In this document: in pieces, positions 1 through 14,112 of the stretch
Numbering within the stretch: position 1 is the stretch's first letter
Layout: every line of letters starts with the position of its first letter
Assembly (NCBI RefSeq): GCF_009834535.1
Contig: NC_045697.1
Location: forward strand, 35,094,001 to 35,158,000
DNA from: Camelus ferus
Taxonomy: Eukaryota
Direction: 5' to 3'
DNA length: 64,000 nt
Made by a program: the position numbers and the translations under genes
Notes under the pieces: generated by a model
Databases searched by the model: none
What the model was told of the DNA's origin: nothing
What the model saw: only the letters and a program-made list of their open reading frames with translations

Positions 1-3000
1 ACTCCTCTCTCAAAAATTGATAGAACAAGTAGATAGAAAATCAGCAAGGTTATCACAAAGTTGAAGAACACTATCAACCCATTTGCCCTAATTGATATTG
101 ATAGAACACTCTCTCCAACAGCAGTATACACAGTCTTTTAAGTGTACATGGAACAGTCATCAAAATAAATAATATTCTAGCTCCCAAACCAAATGTCAAT
201 GCATCTAATCAGATTCAAGCAAGTAAGTATGTTCTCTAACCACAAATTAAAAATGAATAATCTGAAGATCTTTGGAGAAAAAATAACCCATGGATTTCAA
301 AAAGGAGAGTAGAAAGTATTTTGAGCTTTATGAAAATGAAAACACAACATGTCAGAATTTGTAAGCTGTCACTGTAGAACTAGTTAGAGGAAAACATAAA
401 GCATAAATGCTTATATTAGAAAAGAGGAAAGGTCTCAATGACCTCAGCTTCCACCTTAAGAAACTAGGCGGAAAAAAAGAGCAAATTAAAACCAAAGTCA
501 GTAGAAGAAAGAATAGTTAAAAATCCAAGCAGAAATCAATGAAATAGAAAACTGAAAAACAGAGAACATCAATAAAGTAAAAAACTAGTTCTTCAAGAAG
601 ATCAACAGAATCAATAAACTTCTAGCCAGAAAGATCAGGAAAAAAGGAGAAAAGTCACAAACTACTAATATTTGGAATGAAGGAGGTCACCACAGATGTT
701 ACAGGTATTTGAAGAAAATAAGGGAATATTATGAACAACTTTACACCAATAAGTTGGAAAATTCACACAAAATGGACAAACTCCTTAGAAAGACATGAAA
801 GCTTACTCAAGAAGAAATAGCTGAGCAGCCCTATGTCTTTTGAAGAAAATCATCTGCAGTTAAAAAGCTTCCCACAAGGAAAATCCCAGGCCATAAGGCT
901 TTACCGGTGAATTCTAGACATAAAGCCAATCCTGCACAAACATTTCTGACATTGCCTTGTCACTAAAACCAAACAAAGGCATTACAGGAAAAGAAAACTA
1001 CAGACCAATAGCCCCATGAACATAGACAGATGCAAAAATCTGCAAAACAAAAAATCTTAGAAATAGTATCTTAAAAAATCTTATCATGGTCAAGAGCTTA
1101 ACCCCAGGAATGGAAGGTTGACCCAATATTTGAAAAAGCAATGAATGTAATTCACCATATTAACAAAAAGCAAAAATGGTATGATTATTTCAGTAGATGG
1201 GGAAGAAAAAAGCATTTCACAAGATCCAAAATTCATTACTGAAAAAAAAACTCTTAACGAACTAGGAACAGAAATAAATTTCCTCATTACGATAAAAGGC
1301 CTCTATGAAAAACCTACAGGTCACATCACACTTCTTGGTAAAAGACTGACAACTTCAGTCCTAAAATGTGAAAGGAGGCAAGTAAGTCTGCTCCCATCAC
1401 TTCTATTTATCATTGTACTGAGAGTCCTAGCCAGTGCAATAAGGCAAAAATAAAATAAAACACACATAATGAAAAATATTTTGGAACACCTGGAAAATGA
1501 AACTTAAAAAAATGCCATTAATAAAATCCCAATCAAATCCCACCAGATTTTTAACTGGCTAGGTGATTCAAGAATTTACAGGGAAATGCAACAGACCTAG
1601 AAGAGTCAAAATTTTTTTGAAAAAAACATAAAGTGAGAAGATGTATACTAACTGCCTTTTAACTTACTACAGTTATTAAGACAGTGTACCACTGTTGTGG
1701 GAATATACACACGGATTATTGGAATAGAACAGAGTCAGGAATAGACCTACACAAATAGAGTTCATTGATTTTTAGACAAAGGAACCAATGTGCTTGGAAA
1801 GAGTTGTCTTGACGACAAATGGTCAAATGGTACACAGGAACAACTGGATGTCATATGCAAAAACAAAACTTCAATCCATACCTCATACCGTATATGAAAT
1901 TAACTCAAAATGGATCACTGACCTAGAAGTAAACCCTAAAACTGAAATACAGAAAACCTTTGTTACCTTGGATTAGGCAAAGACTTCATAGATATGATAC
2001 TAAAAGCACAATTTATAAAAGAACAAATTGATAAATCAGACTTCATCAAAATTAAAAACATCTTCTGTTCCAAAGACATAATTTAAGAAAATGAAAAGAC
2101 AAATCATGGACTAGGAGAAACTATTCCTAAAGTATATATCTGACAAAAAACTTGGACCCAGAATATACAAAAATAAAAAATAAAAGTATATCTTTCAAAA
2201 CTCAATCATAAAATGAATACTCCATTTTAAAAATGGGAAAAACAATTTTAACAGACATTTTGCCAAAGAAAATATACGGACAGCAAATAAGGACAGGAAA
2301 AGCTGCTCAAAATCATTAGTCATCAGGGAAATGAAAATTAAAAGAGATACATGACACACCTATCAGACTGGCTAAAAGTAAAAAGACCAGCCAAAGCCAG
2401 AGTTGGTGAGGATGTGGCAGGAGGTACTGCTGGTGGGAATGCAAAACGGTACAACCACTTTGGAACACTCGCAATTACTTTAAGAGTTAAAACATATACC
2501 TACCATTTGGTCCAGCTATTCCACTCCTAGACATTCACCCAAAGGAAATAAAAGCACATGTCCATACACAGACCTGTGCGTGAATGTTCATAGCAGCTTT
2601 ATTTGTAACAGTCAAAAACCAGAGACAACCCAAATGTCTAAAACCAGGTAAACATATAACCAAATTGTGATATATTCGTACAATGAAATACTAGTCAATA
2701 ATTACTACATTACTGATATGTTCTGTAACATAGTTGGAACTCAAAATAATCATGCAGACTGAAAGAAACTAGAAAACAGAGTCTGTACTTTAAGATTCCA
2801 CTTGTAGAAAATTCTAGGAAACACAAAACTAACATAGAGGACTAGAAAGAAGATCAATGATTATCCAAGAACAACATGGGGTGAGTGGAAGGGGATTAAA
2901 AAGAAGCACGAGGAAACTTTTAGAGTGTGATAGATATGTATGTTACCTTCATTGTGGTGAAGGTTTCACAGGCACATACGTATGTCTAACTATATACTTC

Positions 3001-3055
3001 AAGTATGTGTAGTTTATTTTATGTCAATTTTACCTCCATAAGTCTGTTTTAAAGT
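1..3055 (+). mobile_element. Old, degenerate LINE-1 (L1M-type): ORF2 remnants plus 3' UTR
   Basis: A-rich strand with L1 ORF2 hallmarks (gtcctagccagtgcaataaggcaa; ORF fragment SLLFIIVLRVLASAIRQK; aaattaactcaaaatggatca; aatgttcatagcagctttattt). Many stops and frameshifts. Confidence 0.9.
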
Positions 3056-3120
3056 GAAAGAATATATATATATAATATATATAATATATAAAAAAATATA
3101 TAATATATATAAAAAATATC
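3056..3120. repeat. AT-rich low-complexity tail
   Basis: Visible (ATATA/TAA)n at the end of the L1. Confidence 0.8.
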
Positions 3121-3850
3121 ATTATACAGCACAGTAGAATACTGAAAGTGAGCAGCATATGATATACCATAGGCAAAACTGAGTAGGGGGTGGTGGGGGA
3201 GACTCAGGAAATAAAAAAATCTAGCATGTCTAAGTATCCTAAAATCCCTGAATGTTATTTGTAGCCCTCTATGTTACTAGTAACTGCAAAACTATTTTTT
3301 GAATAACACAATGAATTTACATCAAGAAAAGCTTCTATGAATCTGCCTCCCTAGAAGTTACTGCAATCATATTTACAGCAATCAAATTTTCTAAACAATT
3401 TAGAATACATATTCTGACAGGTATGATGAACATCACAGCAACTACAGAGAAATGAACATTTAAAATCAAGACAGTCCTGTAAACTCCAGGATATGCGTCA
3501 CAGTACTTTTGAAATCTTCAGAGGCATTAAAGTGGCTGCCATTTTGCAAGCAGCAAACACCATGAGTAAATGCAGGGTGTTAGACTGAGCTACTTGAGAT
3601 AACCATTACTTTCAGGTTACAAATCCTCTCTGCCTTCCTAACAGCCTCTACGTCTTAAGGGCCTGGGCTTGTTCTTTTAATTAAAAGACTGATCCATGCT
3701 ATTCTGCTATTTGCCTAATAACCATTTCCCCACACCCACATGACATTCAGAGTTCCACTTAACTGTCTATGACATGACCAGAAAGTAAGACTATTTCGTG
3801 TGTCAACTTCTTCAACGAAAAGGTACTTTTAAAGCATAACATAAAAATTA

Positions 3851-4000
<150 letters not shown>

Positions 4001-4219
4001 TTAAAGTAATTTTACTATCCCAATAATTTTGTAAACACTCTGCAATTTTACCAGAAAGCTAGGTTCAAATCATGCTCAAATTTGAAAAGAAAGTTAATTC
4101 ACACTTGTGACAATTTAAAACTTGGGATAAGGAATTAATAACCATGTCATTCATTTATATTTACTTTGTGCTTTAAAGAGTCATGAAATGCAGAAACAAT
4201 CACTGTTAGGCTAAGTCTA

Positions 4220-4417
<198 letters not shown>

Positions 4418-6770
4418 TTAATGTACAGGGATACACAATTTGATGTGAATTAAAAACACTCATTCCTCACATGATATTTAAGGCTGAAACCAAAAGTATT
4501 TTATCTAAACATCACCTCCTTTCCCTGCCCTCATCAAAGTTACCAGAAAAATGTACAGAAGAAAACAGAATTATTTGTTATTCTAAATGTGCTGTTACAT
4601 GTATTTGTCAAACCAGAAATTCCCTAAGGAGAAATAACAGAGTTTCTTCTTCCTATAATACCATCAACACAGCACCATTACCATTTCATAGTTAATCATC
4701 ATCATAAACATAAGATCTAATAACCCACCCATAAAACATCCACATGTAAATCAGAGTGTCTCTAATTTTTAAGGCTCCTTTTGATAAAGTTTGCAATTTG
4801 AGTTACATGGAGAGCAGACTGGAGATTGCACATTTGTTCAAAGAGATAAACCAATCAATTGCAGACTACTAATGATCACTTGAAATTAATATTTCCTTGT
4901 ACTTAGAAAAACTGAAGACGAGTGAGAGGACGCTAGTCTCACAATATGAATAAGCTAAAGACTCAAACTGCTTTTGAAATGTGAGCACCATCCTGGATTC
5001 GAATGACCACAACTGTTAAGGCTACTAAGTTTTTCTTTGCTTACATTGGAAGAAGATATCTGATAGTTTAATAATTTAATATCTTATGGTTTAATAATAC
5101 TTCATTTTTTCTCCTCTATGCATTATAAAACAACTAATGATTTTACTGCTAGTGTTACTTGGGGAAACCAACTCTTGAAAGTTAAAATGACAAATGAAAT
5201 ATACTTCCCAATGGTCACTGAGGACAGATTAATGTTAATTACATATGGATATGTAATTAGATATAAATGAAATATGGGTACACGATAGGAAGTATGACTT
5301 ATTTCCATTCCAGTCTTGGAGAATACAACACCATTTTCCACGAAAGAACTATTTTGCATTTTATAAAGAAAATATAAAGTGGGTAAAAATCTTCCCATTG
5401 TAATAACATTAGAATCTAAGGGGTTTTTCTTTTATTAAATTTCTCATAATAATTACTAGTTACTATAATCAAAGCAAATGCCTAGACAAGATTCTAATAC
5501 GCCCCCAGCCTTTCTCTTTCTCCCCTTCCCACCTCACCACCTGCCCTCTCTAAAGTCGGTGCCATCAGCCTAATCTAGTGTGGGTCCATCCACATTTTTC
5601 CCATGCTCATTGTATATGTGGGTGGAAAGGACCTCAGTATTGCTTGAGTGGCATTTCTCCTACAACTAGTCCAGTGAGGCTGAGCATCACTTCACAGATT
5701 TACTGGCCACTTAGACTTACTACCCTTACCATCCTAGATTTATCTTGGCTGTGATGGAGTGTTCTTCTGGATCCAACTTGCTAATGTATTATTTAGAATT
5801 TCTCACCTACATTCCTGACAGAAAATCATTTTCAATAAAAATTAAAGTATCATGAACTACTATGTCATAAAAAGAAATATATCATTGCTCATGTTTTTGT
5901 ATCTATATTCCTGAGACAGGGATTCATTGTTGATTAAATATAAATGCAATATTGAAATATTATTGTCCAAGTCATTTCAAATACAGCAACTATGTTCTAA
6001 GTTCCATCACACTGGGTATACAAGGGTCCCCGGTGTATTACAAGAGATAAATACTAAATTAAAAAAATACCAAATAAAATACATTACTTAACATTCAAAT
6101 CCAAAGTACTAAACATTAACAATAATTGTATTTGCTTTCTTAGAATTTAAAATGGTTGTTATATGACAATTTCAAGGCCAAAGACTCTTTATATGGCTCC
6201 CAAGAAAATCTGAATTGATACATTTTTCCTTATAAATTTCCCAGTAGTAATAAAGGAAATTCAAAATCTCCCATAGTCTTTAGAGCAATCACAAGATACT
6301 AAAGACAAACATCTTTTTTACTGTTTACTGTAATGACTGTTCAACACAATTCAATGAGTGTAACTCCTAAGGAATACCCTTTTTATGGAGTAATCTAGTA
6401 TCATTTATCTTTCCTTTTGGTATGTCTTCTACCTATTCAAAACTCGGTTCGGTATTAAAACAAATAAGATGGTTAGAAGGAAGACTCTGCATTGCTATCT
6501 CAGAAATAAAAGTACTAACTAGAAAGTATTAAAAGTAATTATTAGCTATGGAAAGAGTTTTAAAAGAAAGATTTTTAAAAAGACTTCTCACAGAACTGTG
6601 AAAAATAGGGAATAAGGTAATGTCCTAACTTTTCTTGGCAATTTCTGACTTCCTCAATTCAGGTTTTACGGAAAAGCCCGAATAAATGAAAACAAGTTGT
6701 GGAATTGAGGTATGAGTGTCACTTAAAAATTCTCTAAGGAAAAGATCTGTGAAATAAAAAAAGATGGAGC

Positions 6771-6960
6771 AAAACAACAAGTTCATACTGTACAGCACAG
6801 GGAACTATATTCAATATCTTGTAGTAACTTATCGTTAAAAAGAATATGAAAACGAATATATGTATGTCCATGTATGACTGAAGCATTGTGCTATACACCA
6901 AAAATTGACATAACATTATAAACTGACTATAGTTCAATAAAAATATATTAAAAAAAGAAG
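6771..6960 (+). mobile_element. 5'-truncated younger L1 3' tail with TSD
   Basis: tacagcacagggaactatattcaatatc...aataaaa plus A tail. TSD aaaaagatggagc at 6758-6770 and 6961-6973. Confidence 0.88.
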
Positions 6961-7091
6961 AAAAAGATGGAGCGGACTTTACAATAACTCTGTGGAAAAA
7001 AAAGTAGATCTAAAACTGTCAGTCTATTCTATTCATTAGTAATGAATTCTGAAACGCAAAGCAAATCACAATCAGTGATTTAGAAAACTTA

Positions 7092-7232
<141 letters not shown>

Positions 7233-7561
7233 TTAATAAACCTGAAAAATTCCTTATCAGTGTTGTATAAATTTTCTCTGAAGATTCATTTGTAGGATGC
7301 TAAAAACCATATGAATTTTCTTCTATCTCTGGATTTTTATTTGCCAGGAAATTAAACATGATTCTTATAAATCCAATCAATGGTTTTAAGAATTATTTTG
7401 ACAAAATCTTTCCCATAAGTATCTTGTGTGGATTTAAAAAAAAAAAAAAGAGGAAGATAATTGCTTTGAACTCCAAAAACAAATAATCCATGAGAGTCCA
7501 AATTAACAAACTAAACCTGGACCGCAGAGAAAAGCAACAATCCCGTAAGTACTTTACTTAC

Positions 7562-7641
7562 CCTTCCTTATGTTTAAAGTGCTTAAAAGCTAAGTTTAGA
7601 ACTTCGTGAACTAAGGGATCGGGCACAGGATGAACAGGAAT
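7562..7641 (-). CDS. FRYL: FRYL coding exon, 80 nt: IPVHPVPDPLVHEVLNLAFKHFKHKE(G)
   Basis: Acceptor tttttcccgtag|, donor GG|GTAAGT, phase 0/2. Confidence 0.96.
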
Positions 7642-9171
7642 CTACGGGAAAAAAAAATCAAGTGTGTGCTAAACAGGTTATAAGTCTTCTCAGGATTTCA
7701 ATTAACCAATCAATAATCAATTTTAATTTTCATGATAGGATCTACTACAAATCTGTCAATCTCCTTTTCTAAGAAAGCTACTATTTTTCTCTAAGAAGTT
7801 GGTTGAACATCTAACTTAACAAGCTCTAAATTAAAAAATACTCGCTTCATAATCACAAATCACTGAACTATGGACTATGCAGATGAAAAAAATTGTCATT
7901 GTTGTTGTTAGTACAATTGTTACTGTCAGAAAGTTAAAAACAAACTCATGTAGCTCTGCAGCACCTAGAGGAAAGCAGCTTTTGACTGAGCCAGCTCCAT
8001 ATTCCAGACAGTCTTGACTTTCTCTCGTAACAGTATCCAAAAGGAACACCAACTTTTCCAACAATTTAAAATTATTTGGCTTTATTAGTATTAGAAATTT
8101 GTCATATAAATGTTTGTTTTATTTATTTCTTTAAAAATTATATGCTAGTTCCTAATATGTAAAACACACCAAAACATTTAAACCAGAAAGTAAAATCCCT
8201 CCTCTTCCCCATATATATATATATATAGTAAAATTACCATTGACAACTTGGTATGTATCTACTTCCAGGCTTTTTCCTACACACACTCACCCACACACCT
8301 TATTTTCACTTAACAGAATGATGCTTCTTTCCATGTCAGTACTTAGAGCTTCTCCTTAGACTATTTGACAGCCATGTGATACTCATTATAATTTATTATA
8401 ATTTATGATTTATTTAATGAGCTCCCTATTAATGAACATTTCATCCCAGATTTCAATATTCAAAATTTATAATGTTATACAATAAACATTTTGTGCATTT
8501 AACATTCTTTACTTGTAGAGTTCCACGGGAAAGAGTCCAAAAGGAGAAAGTCTGATGGGTGAAAGATTATACAAATCACCATTGATATAGATTCTAATTC
8601 TATATATGTGTGGGTCTGTTTTTGAGCTATTTCATCAATTTATATACATCTACACTAAAATCATGCTGCCTTAATTATTAGAGATTACTAATAAGTTCTG
8701 GTGTCTGGTATTGCAAGAACTCCTTGATTTTTCTTCAGAGATAACTTGGCTCTTCTTGGGCCATTGTTCTTCTATATTCAATTCAGAGTCATCTTTTCAA
8801 GTTCCATAAAAACTGTTAGGATTTTTATTGGAGTTATAATAAATCTATAGATCAATTTGGGAGTAATTGTATTTTTACATATTCACATGAAATATCTTCC
8901 CACTTCTTTAAATGCTTTCAGGCAAGTTTTATAATTTTCTAGTTCTGTCCTTTGTTATGCTTATTCCTAAGACAATAAACATATGGAGAGATGCTTGATT
9001 TCATCAGTAATAAGGAGAATGAAAATATACAGGATGTTATTTTATACGTATTTGATGGGGAAAAAATTAAATCTGACAATACCAAATAGTGGAGATAATA
9101 TAAATGAATGAGGCTTCATACACATTGCTGGTAGAAGTTTAAATCATTTTTTTATATCACCCACAATCTAG

Positions 9172-9650
9172 TGAAGGTCAGAGTATGCCACCACCAAGCA
9201 TGGCACTTTGGTGTAAGAATTATTTTGAGCTGACAGCCACTGAGAAACAGGAGATGCAGGAAAAGCTCTCTACCCTCCTTTCTGCCTAACAGCAGCCTCC
9301 CCTCCCCTTTCCCATATCAAGAAGAGAACAACCATTATCACTAGAAACAGGGAGTTGGCACTGAGATGGATCTGCACAAAGAAACCTCACTAAATTGCCC
9401 TTATCTTCCATTAGTTTCCCCATATATTTACCTTCCCACCATTTACCACCTCTGGGAGCCCAAACCCTTTTCCTCTGTCACTTCTTCATAAAGTACTGCT
9501 CTTTGTTAAAATAGGTCCTCAGGTCTAACCTTCCTTTGGGTCTTCACTACTTTTCTGTGAAGGCCTCCAATGTGTATGTAATCAACTTTTTCTTCTGTTA
9601 ATCTGCTGTCAGTTTCATTTGCAGGGCCCCAGCCACTAAACCTAAGAGAG
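9172..9650 (+). mobile_element. Solo LTR, ERV1 class (MER34/LTR48-like)
   Basis: Starts tgaaggtcagagtatgccacc...ggcactttgg...aattattttgagctga, resembling recalled MER34-group LTR 5' ends. Interrupts old L1 fragments. Confidence 0.6.
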
Positions 9651-10731
9651 CAGGGGCCACTAGATTGGCAATAACACACCTAAGAAAATAATGATGAACA
9701 GCTACATGTTTCATAGGTTAATCTTAGTAACATATTGTTGAGTGAAAAAATAAGCCCCAGAGGACAATAAACAGTATGATCCAATTTTTTAAAAAGCTCA
9801 AAAACATTTTTTTCAAGTTAAGGGTATCATTAACATAAAAATCAGTGTAATAGTAAAGAAGTAGCCAGGGAGAAAACTAGAAGAGCTTTACATAATTAGG
9901 CTTAAATTTTCAGAGTCTCAGGTGGTAGGCTCATAGGTAACTGTAATACTGTAAATTAACAAATACACAGGCAGTGAAACAGGGATCCATCAGTAGCAAA
10001 AGTGTCTTGGACAAGGATCATGATTTTATCCAATTCTGCGTGCCTGGGGTCCAATTAAAACAAAGCACACAGGAATTTTATGTCTGCTTAAAACTGTTAA
10101 CAATGTATTTTACAGAATACCACATCAATAGGATGAAATTGTAATAAAAAAATTAAATATAACCAAGAAAGCCACAAACTAGAGTAGGGAAAAAATAGAG
10201 AATTATAAGTACTCAGAGAAGGGCAGAATGCTTCTTGAGAATTTGATGAAGGAGAGATTTTTATTTAAAATGAAGATACATGTTTCTTACAAAGATTAAT
10301 CAGGAGCTTTTTAGAAGCGGGCTGAATTTAGACCTTAATAATGATCAGGAACTAGTTCAAAACTAGTGAATGTGAAAGAGATATTAGATAAGAGTAATGG
10401 TAATTAAATTGCAATGAGGGGCAAGAAACCCAATAAGGAACTGTTCGTTTTCCTTTATTCGTCTCAGTGAGAGGGTGACTGCACTCACACAACACCAAGG
10501 AGAGTACGGCACCACCTTCACAGCACTGTCTCAAGCAGAGGGAGGCACAGCTTTAAAAGGCTCATGGCAAACCTTTACTCCAGGATTGACGGCTGTAGCC
10601 TCACCTTGGCTAAATGGCTCAGAATTTATTGTTGATCAGAGGAAATCAGAAAGAACATTCATCTCAGATTTCCTAAAAATTGAGACTATCCTAAAGGCGT
10701 GTACCTGAAATTCAGTTAAGAAGAAAACGCA

Positions 10732-10874
10732 TATGTTCATGTATAACTGAAAAATTGTGCTCTACACTGGAATTTGACACAACATTGTAAAATGATTATA
10801 AATCAATAAAAATGTTTAAAAAATTTTAAAAATTAAAAAATAACCCAAATATTAAAAAAATTTAAAAAAAGAAG
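10732..10874 (+). mobile_element. Very short L1 3' tail insertion with TSD
   Basis: tgtataactgaaaaattgtgctctacactggaatttgacacaacattgtaa...aataaa plus A-rich tail. TSD aagaagaaaa(c/t)gca at 10718-10731 and 10875-10888. Confidence 0.82.
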
Positions 10875-12429
10875 AAGAAGAAAATGCACTATGAAGGAGA
10901 TTCCTATACTACCCTCTCAAAAATCAAACAGGGATTAAGTGGGGAAGCAGCTGTAATCCAAACTCTCTCTTCCTACATCTCAGATAACCTTTCAAAAATA
11001 ATCTGATGATACAGGAAAGAAATGAAGTTTATACATCTGTTTGCAGAAGCTGAGATTTTTAAATCCCATGTTAATAACAGGGCAGAACCTGAATTTACTC
11101 TATATGGTAAAGTTTGAGAATTCAGAGACTCTAGGATAGTCTTAACCTTTGTTCCCCCATTGGTAAACTGAAATTTTAAACCTAGAATTTCTCTAGCAAT
11201 TAGGGATACTTTAACTAGGAATTTTATAATTGACTACATAATTACAAGAAGCTTTTCAATCTTTTATAGGCAAACATATCCCATCATTATAAAACTATAA
11301 CGACCATATCTTATTGATACAGGAATTTCAGAATATTGGCTGATAAATTAACTATGCTCATAGCATGGCAATCTTTTATGGGGTACCCTGCACATCTCTT
11401 CTTGGGATCACGCTATTCCTCTCATATTAAGAAGAAACTAAAACCAGTACCTGCAAAGGGCTCCCTTAAATTCACACCAAGCTGTTCAACTTATTATAGG
11501 TAAACTATAAGCAAATCATTATACAATAAATAAAAAACACCATAGGGTCTTTCTATACTTTAATCATTGTAATGAAGAAAAGCCATGCTTAGCTTCTCTT
11601 TTCACTGGTTACATAACCTGGAGGAAGTTTCCACTTCCTCACCTATAAATTGCAGATAACAGATTAGAACCCCATAATTACTAGCCCTGAGAGACTGCAA
11701 AACTGGGTATATCATAATTGGGGATTGATTCTTGTCCTCTCACTTTTTCCACCCTTCTCTAAAAGGGGCCAGGACAAAATTCTTACCTCCTAGGAATGTA
11801 GGGCAGATGAAGGATCTAGAACATGGGATGGAGATACTGAGGACAAGGTGTGGTCGGGGGGGGGGGGGAGGCAGTAAACCAGAGCCCGTGAGGGAAGCAG
11901 CAGGGCAGATGCATTCTCCTAGCCTGACTTTCCCCAAGTTGGGCCAAACAAAACAGGCCCCAAGATAACAAAAAGGTTACTGAAGTCATGGGTGTTGTCG
12001 TATACATCCTGCGATTATCCATTGATAGTTAAAACAAAGTACATCTCTACCACTAGGTGATGCCAAATGTTAGTCAGGAGTGGGCTATGGCTGACTCCCA
12101 GAACTCAATGCAGAACTCATAGCGCTAATTACGCAGGCTGACCCCCGACATTTCAGTGACCTTGCAATAATGCAACACCACATTTTACATGATTTAATTT
12201 TTTTGCCCCACTTACTGTGCTGTGTTGTGGTTTTACTATCTTGAGTTCCTTACACAGATGCTTAGTGTGCTCGAGGCCAGAGATAGGAAACACAACTTAA
12301 ACCTGTGATTTCTCCTAAGTAGTCACCAGAAGTCAATGACAGCTAGGGACATCATTTAGCCATGCTGTATGCTCTTTATTACGACCTTAATATTGCTACC
12401 ACCAACACTTTTCACTTGTCTTTGTGCAA

Positions 12430-12540
12430 GATATTACTTAGGCATTTTACATGCATTATTTATAACACTTAGAACAGCCTTACATGGTAGGATTTACCCC
12501 CATTTTTACAGATGAGGGAACTGAAGTTTAGAAGTTGATG
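12430..12540 (-). mobile_element. MIR SINE fragment
   Basis: Reverse of the MIR core: ccccatttttacagatgagggaactga. Confidence 0.7.
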
Positions 12541-13819
12541 CATACTTCTCTAGAATATACTGTGTGCCCAGTTTCTGATATATGAAAATGCATTTAATAA
12601 ATGAAACAAATGAGGAAAGAAAACTTTCAGTTTTATCATAGTACAACTAGAAAAGACAGGAGCAGAAGTGAGAAGAAATATATCTCATCTTTAATTTCTG
12701 GAAGAAAAAAAAGTACAACCTCTAAAAATTTTATTTTAAAAATGAATATTATCAGAATGCTCATCCCTACTTCTCCCCTTATTTTCAATAATAAAAAAAT
12801 ACTCCGAAACTGAATCTCCAAGAAAGGGGGAGAGGGAGAACCCCACTTCAGTTTATAGAAAAAAAAGTCTTACTTTTATGGAATAATGTTCCCATCTATA
12901 GTATCAAGAATTTTCAGATCTTATCCTTTGTGTGATTTTAGTAGCAGCTCTAATTCTACTTGAACATTCAAGAAGGATATATCTAGAAGACTCTAAAGCA
13001 CACCCAAGCTTTATTCCAAGGCTACTCCTACCACCACGTCCCAAAAGCTAATGCTTTTAGCACATCATGAAAGTGGAAAACAACAAAACCAAGTTCAGAT
13101 ATGGGCACTGGGGAGTCAGCAAGGTTCATTCATTATGTAAATGACCAGCCAGCCCTCAATGCAAAGGAGAGTGAACAAATTCCTGCCTCAGCAAAATCAC
13201 AAATAACTAACCCCATAACCTTCATGGCTGTTCACCAACACCCAAAATGCCAACGTTAGGTCTGAAAATACTAAGGATCTACTCCACCTGCTGATACTTC
13301 ACAATAAGCACCGATAAAACTAAGCCAAGAGCTAGAAGTAGCTCATAAGCCTGGTTTCCCAATCTTACTTATTTCACTGAATAAATGTATGGTTAAAGTT
13401 CACTATAAAAAGAAAATTGCTTCAAACATCCTAAATGCTACAGTGCTTTTTAAACATGCTTTTACCATGGATTCTAAAGCCTCTGGTACTAATACACTAA
13501 TATCTGTAGTTGGCCATGACCCCAAAATTATTCTTCCAACTTTCTTGGAAAAATAAAATTAGTCCTTTATCATCTTGAATTAATTTTGTTCCCATGGTGA
13601 ATCATAGTAATTTCATCACATTTATGTAAACTCAATTCTCTGTCTAACTTGTTATGATTTAAACTTTAATTTTACAAGATGTTGGCCATTTCACCTAATT
13701 TTGTATCACTGATTTTACCAGTAAGAATAATTTTACTGAAAAAAGAGCACTAGCTTTATAATTTGCAGCAAGTCACTGTAACTAAGAACATTTGTTTAAT
13801 CTATGAGATAAAAACAACA

Positions 13820-13995
13820 GACAGCAGTAACTGGACACTTTCCATGTCCCAGGCATTACCGTATTTAATTTTCATGATTCTATAAAATGATACTATTATC
13901 ATTCCTCTTTTACAGAGGAGGAAAGAATTTGTGGGTAATAACTTGCCCAAGTTACACAGCAAGTAAATGACACAGCTGGGATAAAAACACTTGCT
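13820..13995 (-). mobile_element. MIR SINE fragment
   Basis: ttttacagaggagg...aacttgcccaagttacacagcaagtaaatg. Confidence 0.7.
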
Positions 13996-14078
13996 ATGGC
14001 TGTCTCCCAAAACTTATTATACAACAGATCTAGAGTTCTTTATGTATTTTGAAGAGTTCTAAATATGTGTGATTATCA

Positions 14079-14079
14079 C

Positions 14080-14111
<32 letters not shown>

Positions 14112-14112
14112 T
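14079..14112. repeat. (TTA)n microsatellite
   Basis: Directly visible. Confidence 0.9.

Noticed and set aside
1181..1453. ORFs resembling L1 proteins (also 32464, 53454, 60887, 61245)
   Set aside because: Short fragments of decayed L1 ORF1/ORF2 with surrounding stops and frameshifts; not genes.
11850..11872. Poly-G run as a possible G-quadruplex or regulatory site
   Set aside because: An isolated homopolymer with no supporting context, and its length is prone to sequencing error.
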